DNA of 61,942 bases, filler included, from Bacteriovoracaceae bacterium (GCA_018649885.1; 6 parts of 6 records of this genome joined end to end with filler, not necessarily neighbours in it), one strand, 5' to 3'. Positions 38,888-49,086 are shown, counted from the first letter of the whole stretch. Numbers and translations are program-made. The notes: generated by a model from the sequence alone, not told the origin.

Positions 38888-40663
38888 ATGGGTAAGTTAA
38901 TTTCTTACGGGGTAATGCTTTGCCTAATTTTTTCATGCAGTTTTAAAAAAAAGAATGCTGATAGTGGTGCTTTGGGTCTTTCCAAAAAAGGTGGGGTTTC
39001 AAAGCACCTTGATCCAAAACAAGACTCTGATGGCGATATGATCACAGATCTTGAAGAAATTAGTCGAGGCCTTGATCCACTTGTTTCTAATATCCCGAAG
39101 ATTCGAGTAGAAATGATCTCTCAGGGATCAATCGACTTATACTCAAAAAGCTTGGATCATTTTGTAAAAAAATACTCGGTCGGCATTAGTTTATCAGAAC
39201 TACCTTTTCAGTCACATATAAGACAAATTGTGACAAGAAAAGTATCAAAATTTGTCTTGAGCTCTGATCCAAATGATTTAATTTGGGTGGGAGGAATCTA
39301 TGGATACCTAAAAGTTTCTGATTTATCACAAAATTCTCTAAATCTAAGTAGAATGAATGATTTCTTATTTTTAAATGACATTGAATTTGAAAACACTTCT
39401 GAGATACTACTAGATTTATCATTTTCTCTAAGTCCAGAAAGTGGACAGGACCTATTTGAGAAAATCACTGATATTGACTATACTTTTTTCACTGAGAGTC
39501 CATTAAAGCCGATCGCTAATTCTAAATTTCCATTCTATGTGAGTACAGATGCAGTAGAAACGAAAATAATAGAAAGTATTCCACCAAAGACTTTCGTTGA
39601 TAGTTTTCTCGTGGGAGATGATCTTATATTCAAGATGAATGATTTCAACATCGTGTATTTTGAAGACCTAGGAAAAGAAGATATTAAATTTAGCACCTTA
39701 CTTGAAAGCATTCGAAAGAAAACGGTTGAAGTAATAAAAATAGCTCCTGGCAATGTGGATCACAAATTCATTGCTATTGGAGGGAGTGGATCAATATCTG
39801 TTGAAAAATTAATTGAGAGTATTTCAAAAAAAGGCTTTCAATTTAAAGATAGAGAAATTTTCTCGATTGATGAGCTTGAAAATAGCTCGGATCTAAGAAT
39901 CACAAAAGATAGAATCCAGAAAATGCTTGATCATAGTCACTGGTACGCTCTAAATAATAGGCACCAACTCTTATTTAGAGAATCAAAGCTCACTGCAGGC
40001 GATATCATTGTTGTGGCGTATATGAGTGGAAGAGAGCTTTTAGATTCATCAAAGCGTTCAAAATTTAAATCATTTGATACTATTGGTTTGCCTTCTCAGA
40101 CTCACCGAGTTTCTCAAGTGCTTCCAAACTCAAAAATTAAAATAAACCTTCTTGGAAAAGTAAGACACTTTGACAAAAAAGTATTCGGGAGCGTCCCCCA
40201 GTACAAATGCAGCTTTAGCTACGTGCAATTAAAAGAAAACAAAAGAGAGACTGATTTTTCAAAAGGACTTGAAAGTGAGGACATAAAGCTCATTGGCATT
40301 ACAATTGGAAAAGATGAAATCAACTTACATGAATTTTCAAAAAAATATGCAACGATCGTTGATTACAATGATAGCACAAAGGTATTATCACTAGAGTTTG
40401 ATTTATCAAAAATTGATTTTCCATACTCGGTAGATAGCCCACTTTTTTTAAAAACCTATGGAACAAATTCTCAGATTCAGCTTGGGGCCTTAAATGTTTC
40501 AGGGGATTCAACGTGTCCAGACATTCTAAGAGGATATAAAAGCGGACACTATGATAGTACTTCTTGGGGGCATAAATACCTAAAACCAAAAAAGAAGACT
40601 CTCAAAAACTTTCTCTATTTTTCTGCTGATATCGTAATGGAGAATTCACAATTTTTTAAATAA
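38888..40663 (+). CDS. Lipoprotein with Ca-binding DSDGD motif
   Basis: Lipobox IFSC; DSDGDMITDLEE..G.DP.V..IP; directly upstream of the pilin-like gene. Confidence 0.65.
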   Translation: MGKLISYGVMLCLIFSCSFKKKNADSGALGLSKKGGVSKHLDPKQDSDGDMITDLEEISRGLDPLVSNIPKIRVEMISQGSIDLYSKSLDHFVKKYSVGISLSELPFQSHIRQIVTRKVSKFVLSSDPNDLIWVGGIYGYLKVSDLSQNSLNLSRMNDFLFLNDIEFENTSEILLDLSFSLSPESGQDLFEKITDIDYTFFTESPLKPIANSKFPFYVSTDAVETKIIESIPPKTFVDSFLVGDDLIFKMNDFNIVYFEDLGKEDIKFSTLLESIRKKTVEVIKIAPGNVDHKFIAIGGSGSISVEKLIESISKKGFQFKDREIFSIDELENSSDLRITKDRIQKMLDHSHWYALNNRHQLLFRESKLTAGDIIVVAYMSGRELLDSSKRSKFKSFDTIGLPSQTHRVSQVLPNSKIKINLLGKVRHFDKKVFGSVPQYKCSFSYVQLKENKRETDFSKGLESEDIKLIGITIGKDEINLHEFSKKYATIVDYNDSTKVLSLEFDLSKIDFPYSVDSPLFLKTYGTNSQIQLGALNVSGDSTCPDILRGYKSGHYDSTSWGHKYLKPKKKTLKNFLYFSADIVMENSQFFK

Positions 40664-40686
40664 ATATAAATACTAAGGAGAAATGA

Positions 40687-40941
40687 ATGAAATATCTACT
40701 GATATTACTTCCAAGTATTTGCTTTGGTGCAAGATCACTTGAAAGCATGGCAAAAAGCGCTGAAGGATCTCTTACAAGACTTGGCTCTGGAGTCGTAGTG
40801 ATTGGTCTCATTTGGGCCGGATACTTGTATGTTAAGGGCTCGCAGGAAGGGCGCGAAAAGTTAGGAGGCGCAGTTGCTGCTGCAATTTTAATTTTCGGAG
40901 CAAGCGGAATAATGGCCCTTTTAAAAAAGATTACAGGCTAG
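40687..40941 (+). CDS. VirB2/TrbC-like conjugative pilin
   Basis: 84 aa with a signal peptide and two hydrophobic helices ending LIFGA..I; followed by VirB3/VirB4-like genes. Confidence 0.75.
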   Translation: MKYLLILLPSICFGARSLESMAKSAEGSLTRLGSGVVVIGLIWAGYLYVKGSQEGREKLGGAVAAAILIFGASGIMALLKKITG

Positions 40942-40945
40942 TCTT

Positions 40946-41203
40946 ATGAATAGACGCTACCCACAATACTTAAAATTGGGCCCAAAAATACTGGGACTTG
41001 GAATATCAGAATTTTTTGTCCTGGGATTAATTATTCTAGTGTGTGGCCCAATACTAAATCAGTCTTTTATGTCTATCGCTGTGAGTGCCATATACATCAT
41101 ATTTATCAAGACCTATAGGCTGCTTCTTCCCCCCCACTACCTTTGGTTTCGCTTAAGAAAGAAGCGAATCATCTATCTAAGGCGGGCAGTAAGTGGAAAG
41201 TAA
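40946..41203 (+). CDS. VirB3/TraL-like membrane protein
   Basis: YP.YL....KILGL...E followed by two TM helices; located after the pilin. Confidence 0.65.
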   Translation: MNRRYPQYLKLGPKILGLGISEFFVLGLIILVCGPILNQSFMSIAVSAIYIIFIKTYRLLLPPHYLWFRLRKKRIIYLRRAVSGK

Positions 41204-41408
41204 AAAAGCATTCAAGATTGATTTTCAAGATATAGACCAAATGAGAGATCATGATAAAAACGTCTACCTTGAATCTATAAAGCATTCATTTAACACAGCA
41301 CCCTCAAGCTTTGTTAAATTTTTTTATTTCGGTGGTTCGTCTCATCTCTACCATGGAGCCGGCAGCTTCCCCATCGCCGGCGCCAAGTCCACGCTCGTGG
41401 ATAATCCG
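41193..41408 (+). CDS. Partial gene, probably the VirB4/TraC-like ATPase N-terminus (cut by the contig end)
   Basis: Overlaps the VirB3-like stop; assignment from gene order only. Confidence 0.4.
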
Positions 41409-41508
41409 NNNNNNNNNNNNNNNNNNNNNNNNNNNNNNNNNNNNNNNNNNNNTTAATTAATTAANNNNNNNNNNNNNNNNNNNNNNNNNNNNNNNNNNNN
41501 NNNNNNNN

Positions 41509-41648
41509 CCAACTCGGAAATGGGAGTTCCTTTTTCAATGTGAGCGGTTAAGATGTTGAATTTCTGTGATTGAGTTACTCTTTTTCTATTCAAATCCATG
41601 GTTTTCCTCCGGATTTAGGAGGTAGCCATCAAATGGGGGTCACGAACA
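41509..41648 (-). mobile_element. Left end of an IS3-family-like element, with orfA start at 41599
   Basis: Reverse complement of 61804-61942. Starts TGTTCGTGACCCCC, has a GGAGG RBS and encodes MDLNRKRVTQSQKFNILTAHIEKGTPISEL. Confidence 0.75.
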
Positions 41649-41709
41649 GTTGTCAATATTATTTATTAGGAAGTGATTAAGTTATTTTCATTATTGAAGG
41701 GGGATTCAA

Positions 41710-42120
41710 GTGGGGATAAAGAAAGTAGAGGATACTCACCTCAGCAATTGTTCATTGAAGGAGACAATTTTGTTAGTGGAAGATAATCTAATAGTACGAG
41801 ACTTGTGTAGGGAATGGCTTGAGCTTGAAGGTTATAATGTTTGTATGGCAGGAAATGGCAAAGAAGCATTAGAGGTCTATGAAAACAATTTAATAAATCT
41901 AGTTTTAATGGATTTAGAAATGCCTGTCATGAGTGGATTTGAGGCATTAAAAGAGTTTAAGTTACTCAAGGCCCATTTACCGATTATAGCCTTAACAGGT
42001 AAAGCAACAGTCAATGATAGGCGTGAGTGTAAGCAAGCAGGTTTTGATGACATTCTCACAAAACCATACGACGGTGAAGGACTTACAGATATGATTGAAA
42101 AAAATCTACCATATAATTAA
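41710..42120 (+). CDS. Single-domain response regulator
   Basis: ILLVED, LMDLEMPVMSG, ALTG, ILTKP. Confidence 0.92.
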   Translation: MGIKKVEDTHLSNCSLKETILLVEDNLIVRDLCREWLELEGYNVCMAGNGKEALEVYENNLINLVLMDLEMPVMSGFEALKEFKLLKAHLPIIALTGKATVNDRRECKQAGFDDILTKPYDGEGLTDMIEKNLPYN

Positions 42121-42177
42121 GTTGTTTTTTTCCTTTGTCACTAATTGCGGCAATCTTGGATGATAAAAAATCTCAGA

Positions 42178-42513
42178 TTACATTTTACTTTGGTAAATAT
42201 CATCTTTTAAGATTAAAACTCTCAAATTAGCAAGTTTCAATCTTAGCAATTCAAACTTCTTACGAAAATAAATATGGTCGTAAAATATCTCATCGTAGAT
42301 ATTTATGCCACAGCTCTTAAAGGCCAATGCGATGGTTTTTTCATGATCAGTAATAGATTTTTTCAAGTTCACACATATTTTTAAAAGATCACCAATTTCT
42401 TTATTGAATTTACCATTATGGTGCTTGGCCAAAAAAACAATATCATCCTCAAATTCAGCTAATGAGCTTAACCACACCCGATGTTCATAATGAAGCTCCT
42501 TTGCATTTTTCAT
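42178..42513 (-). CDS. Small helical His-rich hypothetical protein
   Basis: LHYEHRVWLSSL...HE...H pattern, possibly a hemerythrin-like bundle. Confidence 0.6.
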   Translation of the reverse strand: MKNAKELHYEHRVWLSSLAEFEDDIVFLAKHHNGKFNKEIGDLLKICVNLKKSITDHEKTIALAFKSCGINIYDEIFYDHIYFRKKFELLRLKLANLRVLILKDDIYQSKM

Positions 42514-42650
42514 GGTATTACCCTCGTGAAATTACGCGTATATGTAAAACACTTAGAGCTTTAAAACAAAAGGAAGGAGATCACGTGAAATCGTGAGAGT
42601 CATCAATTTACTAAGACAATTGAAAAACTTTCTTGCGAGTACAATACCCA

Positions 42651-42662
42651 TGATAAGAATCA
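42651..42662. promoter_or_regulatory. FNR/Crp-like box between the divergent 111-aa and hsp20 genes
   Basis: A-TGAT-AAGA-ATCA-T. Confidence 0.5.
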
Positions 42663-42762
42663 TAATTGCCTTTGATCGATATGCAAGATTTCTTGTTAAC
42701 AATTCCCTACAAATAACAGCTGTAGCATAGATCGTTTAATAAAAAATAAAAGGAGAATATGA

Positions 42763-43245
42763 ATGGAATTACTACCTTTCAAATCAAAACTTTTTCCCCG
42801 CTGGGGACGTGCTCTTGAGAGGGACTTTTCAGGTCTTCAAAGAGAAATGAATGATGTACTAGACACTTTTTTTGGGAGGAATGCCTTTAGTACTCCTCAA
42901 ATTTATGACATGAACTTTTATCCTGCTGTAGATATTCAAGAAAGAGATGATAAGTATCTTATTGAAGCAGAACTTCCTGGCATGACAGAAGCGGATATTG
43001 ATCTTGATTTCCACAATAACGTCTTAACAATCCGGGGTGAGAAAAAATCTGAAATAAAAAACAAAGATAATGGTTTTACTCACTCTGAAAGGTATTGTGG
43101 CTCATTTAAAAGAGATATCCCTTTTTATGATAAGGTTAACCCTGAAGCTATTGTAGCTGAACTTAAGAAAGGGATTTTGCACATTGAGCTGTCAAAAAAA
43201 GAAAAGGGTAAACAGTCACATCGAAAAATTGAAATTAATCATTAG
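42763..43245 (+). CDS. Hsp20/alpha-crystallin small heat-shock protein
   Basis: PAVDI.E....Y.IEAELPG, LTIRGEK, ER..GSF.R, GIL.I.L.K. Confidence 0.95.
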   Translation: MELLPFKSKLFPRWGRALERDFSGLQREMNDVLDTFFGRNAFSTPQIYDMNFYPAVDIQERDDKYLIEAELPGMTEADIDLDFHNNVLTIRGEKKSEIKNKDNGFTHSERYCGSFKRDIPFYDKVNPEAIVAELKKGILHIELSKKEKGKQSHRKIEINH

Positions 43246-43298
43246 TTTTAAAACTCCCCCCTATTTGGGTGTTAGGGGGAGAGCTTTTTGGAGAAATT

Positions 43299-43505
43299 AT
43301 GAAAAAAACAGATGTTCGTGCCAGTATTTACAGACATTTTTTAGGTACTAGGAAAAATGAAAATTTAAAAAACAATCGGTGCCAAGTATGCCACGAATTC
43401 TTTGAAATTCAATCTGAGAATGATCAATTGTGTAGAAGATGTAAAAATCATGGAACTTATTATTTTCTCCAAAACTTGCACTTAGATCCATCTGTAAGGG
43501 AATAG
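43299..43505 (+). CDS. Small CxxC-CxxC zinc-finger protein
   Basis: GGAG RBS before ATG 43299; CQVC...CRRC. Confidence 0.55.
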   Translation: MKKTDVRASIYRHFLGTRKNENLKNNRCQVCHEFFEIQSENDQLCRRCKNHGTYYFLQNLHLDPSVRE

Positions 43506-43509
43506 ATCT

Positions 43510-45876
43510 ATGGAAATTAAAGAAATAAAGTTACCGCTTTTACCCGTGAAAAATACGGTTGTTTTTCCTACTACATCTTTATTTCTTGCCGTTGGAAGAG
43601 ATAAAAGTGTTGCAGCAATGAAAGCATCAGAAGGTCAAGGTGGTAAGATTATTGTTTCTGCCCAAAAATCCAATGATACCAAACAAGAAGATATTGGTAC
43701 TCACAATGTCTACTCTATTGGAACTCTTTGCCAAATTAGAAATATTACTGGCTCTGATAAGACGGGGTACCAAATATTGGTAACAGGACTATCACGTTTT
43801 AAAATTACTAATATCTCATCAGTAGATTCATATTTCGAAGCCGAGGGGATCACTTACCCCGACGTCTCAAATGAAAGTGCAAAAGCACAAGCTTTGTTTA
43901 ACAATGTTAAGCATATTTCATTGGAAGTATTAGATATTTTATCAGGATCCGGAGATTCATTACAAACGATTTTAGGGCAAATTGAAAAACAAGATGAGCT
44001 CATTTATTTGAGTGCAACTTACCTTAAGATGGATATTTCCAAGATGCAAGAAATCTTGAATATTGAAGATATAGAAAGAAAAATGGAAATAATCCTGGAT
44101 CATCTGAGGCGAGAAAGGGAAGTATTACTTCTAGAAAAAGATATTAAAGACAAGGTCGGCCAACGTTTAACTCAAGCGCAGAGAGAATCATTTCTACGAG
44201 AGCAACTGAAGGCCATAAAAGATGAGCTTGGTGAGACAGACAGAGGTGATTTCGAAGGTTTACTCAAAAAAATTCAAAATGCAAAGATGCCAAAGGAAAC
44301 ATTTGAGATTGCAAAGGAGCAATTTACCAGACTTGAAGAACTTCCACCATCTTCCGCCGATTATCATGTGATTCGCAACTATTTAGATTGGCTTTGTGAT
44401 ATGCCCTGGAATATTTCCTCTGAGGAGAAAATAGACCTAGAAAAAAGTGAAGAAGTCCTCGAAAAACATCATCATGGGCTCAAAAAAATTAAAAAAAGAA
44501 TTCTTGAGCACTTGGCCGTGTCACAACTTAAAGGTAATCTGAAAGGACCAATAATCTGTCTTATGGGACCGCCTGGAGTAGGAAAAACGAGCCTAGGCAA
44601 AAGTATTGCCCAAGCACTAGGCAGAAAGTTCGTACGGGCCAGTCTTGGCGGAATTAGAGATGAATCTGAGATTCGGGGGCATAGAAGAACATATGTAGGT
44701 TCTATGCCTGGAAGAATTATTCAATCAATCAAAAGAGCTGGTACCAATAATCCTCTGATCCTTCTAGATGAAATTGATAAACTTAGCTTTGGGGTCCATG
44801 GAGATCCCGCCAGTGCACTTTTAGAAGTACTAGATCCAGAGCAAAATCACACTTTTGTTGATCATTTCCTAGATGTTCCTTTTGATCTTTCACATACCAT
44901 TTTTGTGGCCACTGCCAATCGATCAGATACTATCCCTGAAGCACTCAAAGACCGTATGGAAGTGATAGAGCTGAGCTCTTATACTTTAAATGAAAAGCAT
45001 TTTATTGCAAAAAATTTCATTATTCCTGACACTTTAGAGGAAAATGGTTTAAATGAAAGAGAAGTAATTATTCAAGAAGAAATTATTGATTCTCTCATTG
45101 AAAACTATACTCGTGAAGCGGGTGTCCGTGAGCTCAAGCGTGTAATTTCATCTCTTTGCCGTGGAGGAGCCTATGAGATTGTAAAAGGATCCACTAAGCC
45201 TCTCATAATTGATGAGGAAAAAATTAATCAATATTTGGGACCGGCCAAATATTTGGAGACTCAACGCTTAAGAAAGTGGGTTCCTGGAATGGCAACTGGC
45301 CTGGCCTGGACACCCATTGGAGGGGATGTTCTTTACTTAGAGTGCATAAAGATTCCAGGTAAGGGAGAGCTTAAGATTACTGGTCAGGTTGGAGATGTCA
45401 TGAAAGAATCTGCTGAACTTGCCTTAAGTTTTGTGAAATCACATTGGAGTGAAATAAATACAGACTATACATGTGACAATTTTGACATCCACCTTCACAT
45501 CCCGGCAGGGGCGATCCCAAAAGATGGACCTTCAGCTGGAATCACCATGCTTACAGCTATTGCCTCACTTATTTCAGAAAAAGAGGTAAAGCGGGAACTT
45601 GCAATGACTGGAGAGCTTACTTTAAGTGGAAGTGTTCTTCCCATAGGGGGATTGAAGGAAAAGGTAATAGCAGCTCACCGTAACAAGATAAAAAATATTA
45701 TTTTACCTATTCAAAATGAAAAAGACCTCCATGAAATTCCAGAAGAAATTAAAAAAGACTTGGTATTTCATCCGGTTGATTGTGTAGGGCAAGTGTTGAA
45801 CTTAGCACTAAATATAGTGCTGAGAAATGGTTCTCGTGATTTAGAAAAATTCGAAATAAGTCACAAACTATTGTGA
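43510..45876 (+). CDS. lon: Lon protease
   Basis: LON N-domain, GPPGVGKT, GHRRTYVG, LLDEIDK, PKDGPSAG and catalytic Lys in GGLKEK. Confidence 0.96.
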   Translation: MEIKEIKLPLLPVKNTVVFPTTSLFLAVGRDKSVAAMKASEGQGGKIIVSAQKSNDTKQEDIGTHNVYSIGTLCQIRNITGSDKTGYQILVTGLSRFKITNISSVDSYFEAEGITYPDVSNESAKAQALFNNVKHISLEVLDILSGSGDSLQTILGQIEKQDELIYLSATYLKMDISKMQEILNIEDIERKMEIILDHLRREREVLLLEKDIKDKVGQRLTQAQRESFLREQLKAIKDELGETDRGDFEGLLKKIQNAKMPKETFEIAKEQFTRLEELPPSSADYHVIRNYLDWLCDMPWNISSEEKIDLEKSEEVLEKHHHGLKKIKKRILEHLAVSQLKGNLKGPIICLMGPPGVGKTSLGKSIAQALGRKFVRASLGGIRDESEIRGHRRTYVGSMPGRIIQSIKRAGTNNPLILLDEIDKLSFGVHGDPASALLEVLDPEQNHTFVDHFLDVPFDLSHTIFVATANRSDTIPEALKDRMEVIELSSYTLNEKHFIAKNFIIPDTLEENGLNEREVIIQEEIIDSLIENYTREAGVRELKRVISSLCRGGAYEIVKGSTKPLIIDEEKINQYLGPAKYLETQRLRKWVPGMATGLAWTPIGGDVLYLECIKIPGKGELKITGQVGDVMKESAELALSFVKSHWSEINTDYTCDNFDIHLHIPAGAIPKDGPSAGITMLTAIASLISEKEVKRELAMTGELTLSGSVLPIGGLKEKVIAAHRNKIKNIILPIQNEKDLHEIPEEIKKDLVFHPVDCVGQVLNLALNIVLRNGSRDLEKFEISHKLL

Positions 45877-45916
45877 GAAAGTGTAAAGTATACAGGTATT
45901 TACTGACGGAGAATAA

Positions 45917-46444
45917 ATGAGGGCAATTGGAAATGTTCTAGCAATATCAGGGGATAAGGGTTTCTTTATTGGTAGACCAGTGCAGGCATACCTCGATAAA
46001 AAAACATTAAAACTAAAAGGGTTTCTATGCCAACTTTTTGGATTACCTGCTCGCTTAATTTATTGTGAATTCTCTAGTGATCTTGTCAACGTGGATAACT
46101 CATCAATTAATCTCTCACCAATAAATAATCCCACATTGGTAGATTTTACTGAGGTAGAAAAATTCGTTGAACTCAAATTGATGGTACCTGTACGAGGTTT
46201 GGCCATGTATAGTGAAGACGATGGGTTTCTTGGTTACTTAGAGGATTTTGACATAGATATACAGTCTTTTCAATTAAATCAGGTTTGTGTCTCGGGTGAA
46301 AAATGGAGCTTTAAAACTTCTCCCTATATTAAAGAAATAGACTCACGCTCAATACTAGTTTTCAAAGATCTTTATCATGGGAGGGAAGGAATGAGTTGTT
46401 CATTTTTTAATAAAGAAGTTATTCAAGTAACAATGGCAAACTAA
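45917..46444 (+). CDS. Hypothetical protein with two PRC-barrel-like halves
   Basis: IG...S.D.G.FIG and G..MYSEDDGFLGYLEDF.ID repeats. Confidence 0.5.
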   Translation: MRAIGNVLAISGDKGFFIGRPVQAYLDKKTLKLKGFLCQLFGLPARLIYCEFSSDLVNVDNSSINLSPINNPTLVDFTEVEKFVELKLMVPVRGLAMYSEDDGFLGYLEDFDIDIQSFQLNQVCVSGEKWSFKTSPYIKEIDSRSILVFKDLYHGREGMSCSFFNKEVIQVTMAN

Positions 46445-46699
46445 ATGACAAGTTGGAGAATACTGGGTAGGTATCTCTCATTACCATTATTCATAAGGCC
46501 AAATTTACTAATCAAAGAATTTCTCAAATATTCGTCAAATTACCGAACGTATTTAGAAAAACTGTATTTTTTACAGGTTATATAGCAGTTCATTTGAGCC
46601 AAAGTAGTATAACAAATGTTCCTTTCTTTTAACTTTTCTAAACCTAGAATAACTTAAAAAAAAATAAGCAGTGAAAGTCATTCCATTTTATTTGTAAAC

Positions 46700-46711
46700 T
46701 GACGGATGTCA
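46700..46711. promoter_or_regulatory. FNR/Crp-like palindrome upstream of the PAS kinase
   Basis: TGAC-GGAT-GTCA. Confidence 0.4.
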
Positions 46712-46749
46712 TATATAAAAAATATAAATTGGAGTACTAGCTATCTTAT

Positions 46750-47961
46750 ATGATTTTTGAAGAAATATTCAAACATTCAATGGTTGGAACTTTGATATTT
46801 GACCAGCATGGGAAGGTTGAAAGGTGTAATTTACTGGCAGTCCGTTTGTTTGGTTATAAAAATGAACAATTAGTAGGACGGCCAATAGAGGCCCTATTTC
46901 AATGTGTGCCAAAGGATCTATTTAGCGAAGATCCAAAACGTTGTGATACCAACAGCTCATTTAAACTTAAAGCTAAGAAGAATTGTGGGGAATTATTTCT
47001 AACAGACGTCAGACGAACCCGCCTGGAGAGTGATGGGGATATTCGAGTTGTATTGTATTTAAAAAATATAAATAATGAGATGCAGGCTGAACAAAAGTAT
47101 AAAAATACAATCCAAAAGTTAAAAACGAAAATTGATGAAAGATCAAAGGAATTTTCTGATGCATTAATCGAGCTAAATCTATCGAATGAAAATTTACTAA
47201 ATGAAATGGAATATCGTAAAGAAGCTGAAAAGCAAATTCGCTTATCTCTAGCGAGACAAAGAGAGTTGAATCAGCTCAAATCACGATTTGCTTCAATGGC
47301 CTCTCATGAATTTCGAACTCCATTAGGAGGGATCTTGACTTCTGCGTCCCTTATAGCACGGTATAACGAACAAGAAGATGAAAGAAAGAGAGCAAAGCAT
47401 GTTCATATCATTAAAAAGTCTGTTAAAAACCTAACCAATATCCTAAACGAATTTCTATCTCTGGACAGACTAGATCAAGGTATTATTAAGCTACACGTTA
47501 GTTCATTTTCATTAACATTACTTATTGGAGATATCATCGATAGTCTCCACTCTTTTAGTGAAAATCACCCAGAAATTGTCATGAAACACCACAATAAAAA
47601 CCTTATCATTTATCAAGACCAAGAAATCGTTAGAAATATTATTCTTAACTTATTATCTAATGCGATAAAATACTCTCCAAAGGGAAAAACTATTATTTTT
47701 GAAAGTTACACCGTTGGGGAAAGACTTTTTCTAAAAGTTGAAGATCAAGGAATTGGTGTCCCCCTAAGTAATCAAAAACACCTATTTGAACGATTCTATC
47801 GGGCCGAAAATGTTAATACAGTTCAAGGAACTGGCTTAGGTCTTAATATTGTCAAAAGTTATCTAGATCTAATAGATGGAGAAATTAAATTTCAAAGTGA
47901 AGAGAATGTGGGAACAACGTTTACAGTTGATATCCCTCTGAAACTGGAGATAAAAAAGTGA
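46750..47961 (+). CDS. Cytoplasmic PAS-domain histidine kinase
   Basis: N-terminal PAS, ASHEFRTPL, NLLSNAIKYS, DQGIG, GTGLGL. Confidence 0.94.
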   Translation: MIFEEIFKHSMVGTLIFDQHGKVERCNLLAVRLFGYKNEQLVGRPIEALFQCVPKDLFSEDPKRCDTNSSFKLKAKKNCGELFLTDVRRTRLESDGDIRVVLYLKNINNEMQAEQKYKNTIQKLKTKIDERSKEFSDALIELNLSNENLLNEMEYRKEAEKQIRLSLARQRELNQLKSRFASMASHEFRTPLGGILTSASLIARYNEQEDERKRAKHVHIIKKSVKNLTNILNEFLSLDRLDQGIIKLHVSSFSLTLLIGDIIDSLHSFSENHPEIVMKHHNKNLIIYQDQEIVRNIILNLLSNAIKYSPKGKTIIFESYTVGERLFLKVEDQGIGVPLSNQKHLFERFYRAENVNTVQGTGLGLNIVKSYLDLIDGEIKFQSEENVGTTFTVDIPLKLEIKK

Positions 47962-49007
47962 AAAAGATTTTAATTATTGAAGATGACACTGTGATGCGCG
48001 AAAATACCAGTGAGATTTTAAAACTTGGTCAATTTGAGGTTTTAACAGCTTCAAATGGTAAAGAGGGGAGCATACTGGCAAGAGAAGTAATACCCGATCT
48101 CATTATTAGTGACATTTTGATGCCGGGACTTGATGGGTATGGTGTATTGCATATTTTATCAAAAGATCCTGCTACAGCTTTAATACCATTTGTTTTCCTC
48201 ACTGCAAAAGCTGAAAAAAGTGAATTGCGAAAGGGGATGGATCTTGGAGCGGATGATTATATTACCAAGCCATTTGAAGACACTGAGCTTCTAAGTGCAG
48301 TAGAAGCAAGACTTAAAAAAAATGAAATTTTAAAAACTGAATTCACTCGAAACAAAGAAGGACTTAACTTGTTCCTAGATCAAGCGAAGGAAATTCATGA
48401 GTTGAAAGATTTAAAAGAAACTAGGCCTGAATCACACTATAAAAAGAAAGAGATTATTTTTCATGCAGGAGATAAACCACACTATCTTTTTTTCTTGAAT
48501 AAAGGCAAAGTTAAAACATATAAAACAAATGATAGTGGAAAGGAGTTCATTACCAATATTTACTCCGAAGGTGAGTTTTTTGGACATCCACCTTTGTTTA
48601 AAGATAAGGATTACTCTGACTCAGCATTGGTACTAGAGGATAGTGAAATTATTAAAATCCCGAAAGAAGATTTTTTGTCTCTAATGTACAAGAATCGCAA
48701 CGTTGCCAACCAGTTTGTGAAAATGTTGTCAAATCAAATCGAAAAACAAGAAAAGCAGTTGTTAAAACTTGCTTATGATACAGTGAGGAAGAGAACAGCT
48801 GAGGCATTACTCGAACTAGCAAAACGCTACTCTAAGCCTGACGAGAATACGCCTATCTTTGTGACAAGAGATGACCTTGCTAGCTTGGCGGGAACAGCAA
48901 CAGAAACTGTGATTCGCTGTTTAGGCGAGTTTAAGGAAGATAATTTTATCAGAGTGCATGGCCGAGAGATTGCGATTATTAATGAAGAAGGCCTTAGAAG
49001 TATTTAG
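47958..49007 (+). CDS. Response regulator fused to Crp/Fnr cNMP and HTH domains
   Basis: REC domain, cNMP barrel (GKVK..K...G.E...GEFFG) and Crp HTH TRDDLASLAGTATETVIR. Confidence 0.93.
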   Translation: MKKILIIEDDTVMRENTSEILKLGQFEVLTASNGKEGSILAREVIPDLIISDILMPGLDGYGVLHILSKDPATALIPFVFLTAKAEKSELRKGMDLGADDYITKPFEDTELLSAVEARLKKNEILKTEFTRNKEGLNLFLDQAKEIHELKDLKETRPESHYKKKEIIFHAGDKPHYLFFLNKGKVKTYKTNDSGKEFITNIYSEGEFFGHPPLFKDKDYSDSALVLEDSEIIKIPKEDFLSLMYKNRNVANQFVKMLSNQIEKQEKQLLKLAYDTVRKRTAEALLELAKRYSKPDENTPIFVTRDDLASLAGTATETVIRCLGEFKEDNFIRVHGREIAIINEEGLRSI

Positions 49008-49056
49008 AATTTTATGCATGTTAAATTGTTTTATTATGATATTACTTAATTTAAAA

Positions 49057-49070
49057 TTGATAGGAATCAT
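49057..49070. promoter_or_regulatory. FNR-like box upstream of usp
   Basis: TTGAT-AGGA-ATCAT. Confidence 0.5.
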
Positions 49071-49086
49071 TTTGTAGACCAGCTAG

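Noticed and set aside
41509..41648. Apparent overlap joining contigs 4 and 6
   Set aside because: Both contigs end inside the same IS left end with different outer flanks, so this is a repeat and not a join.
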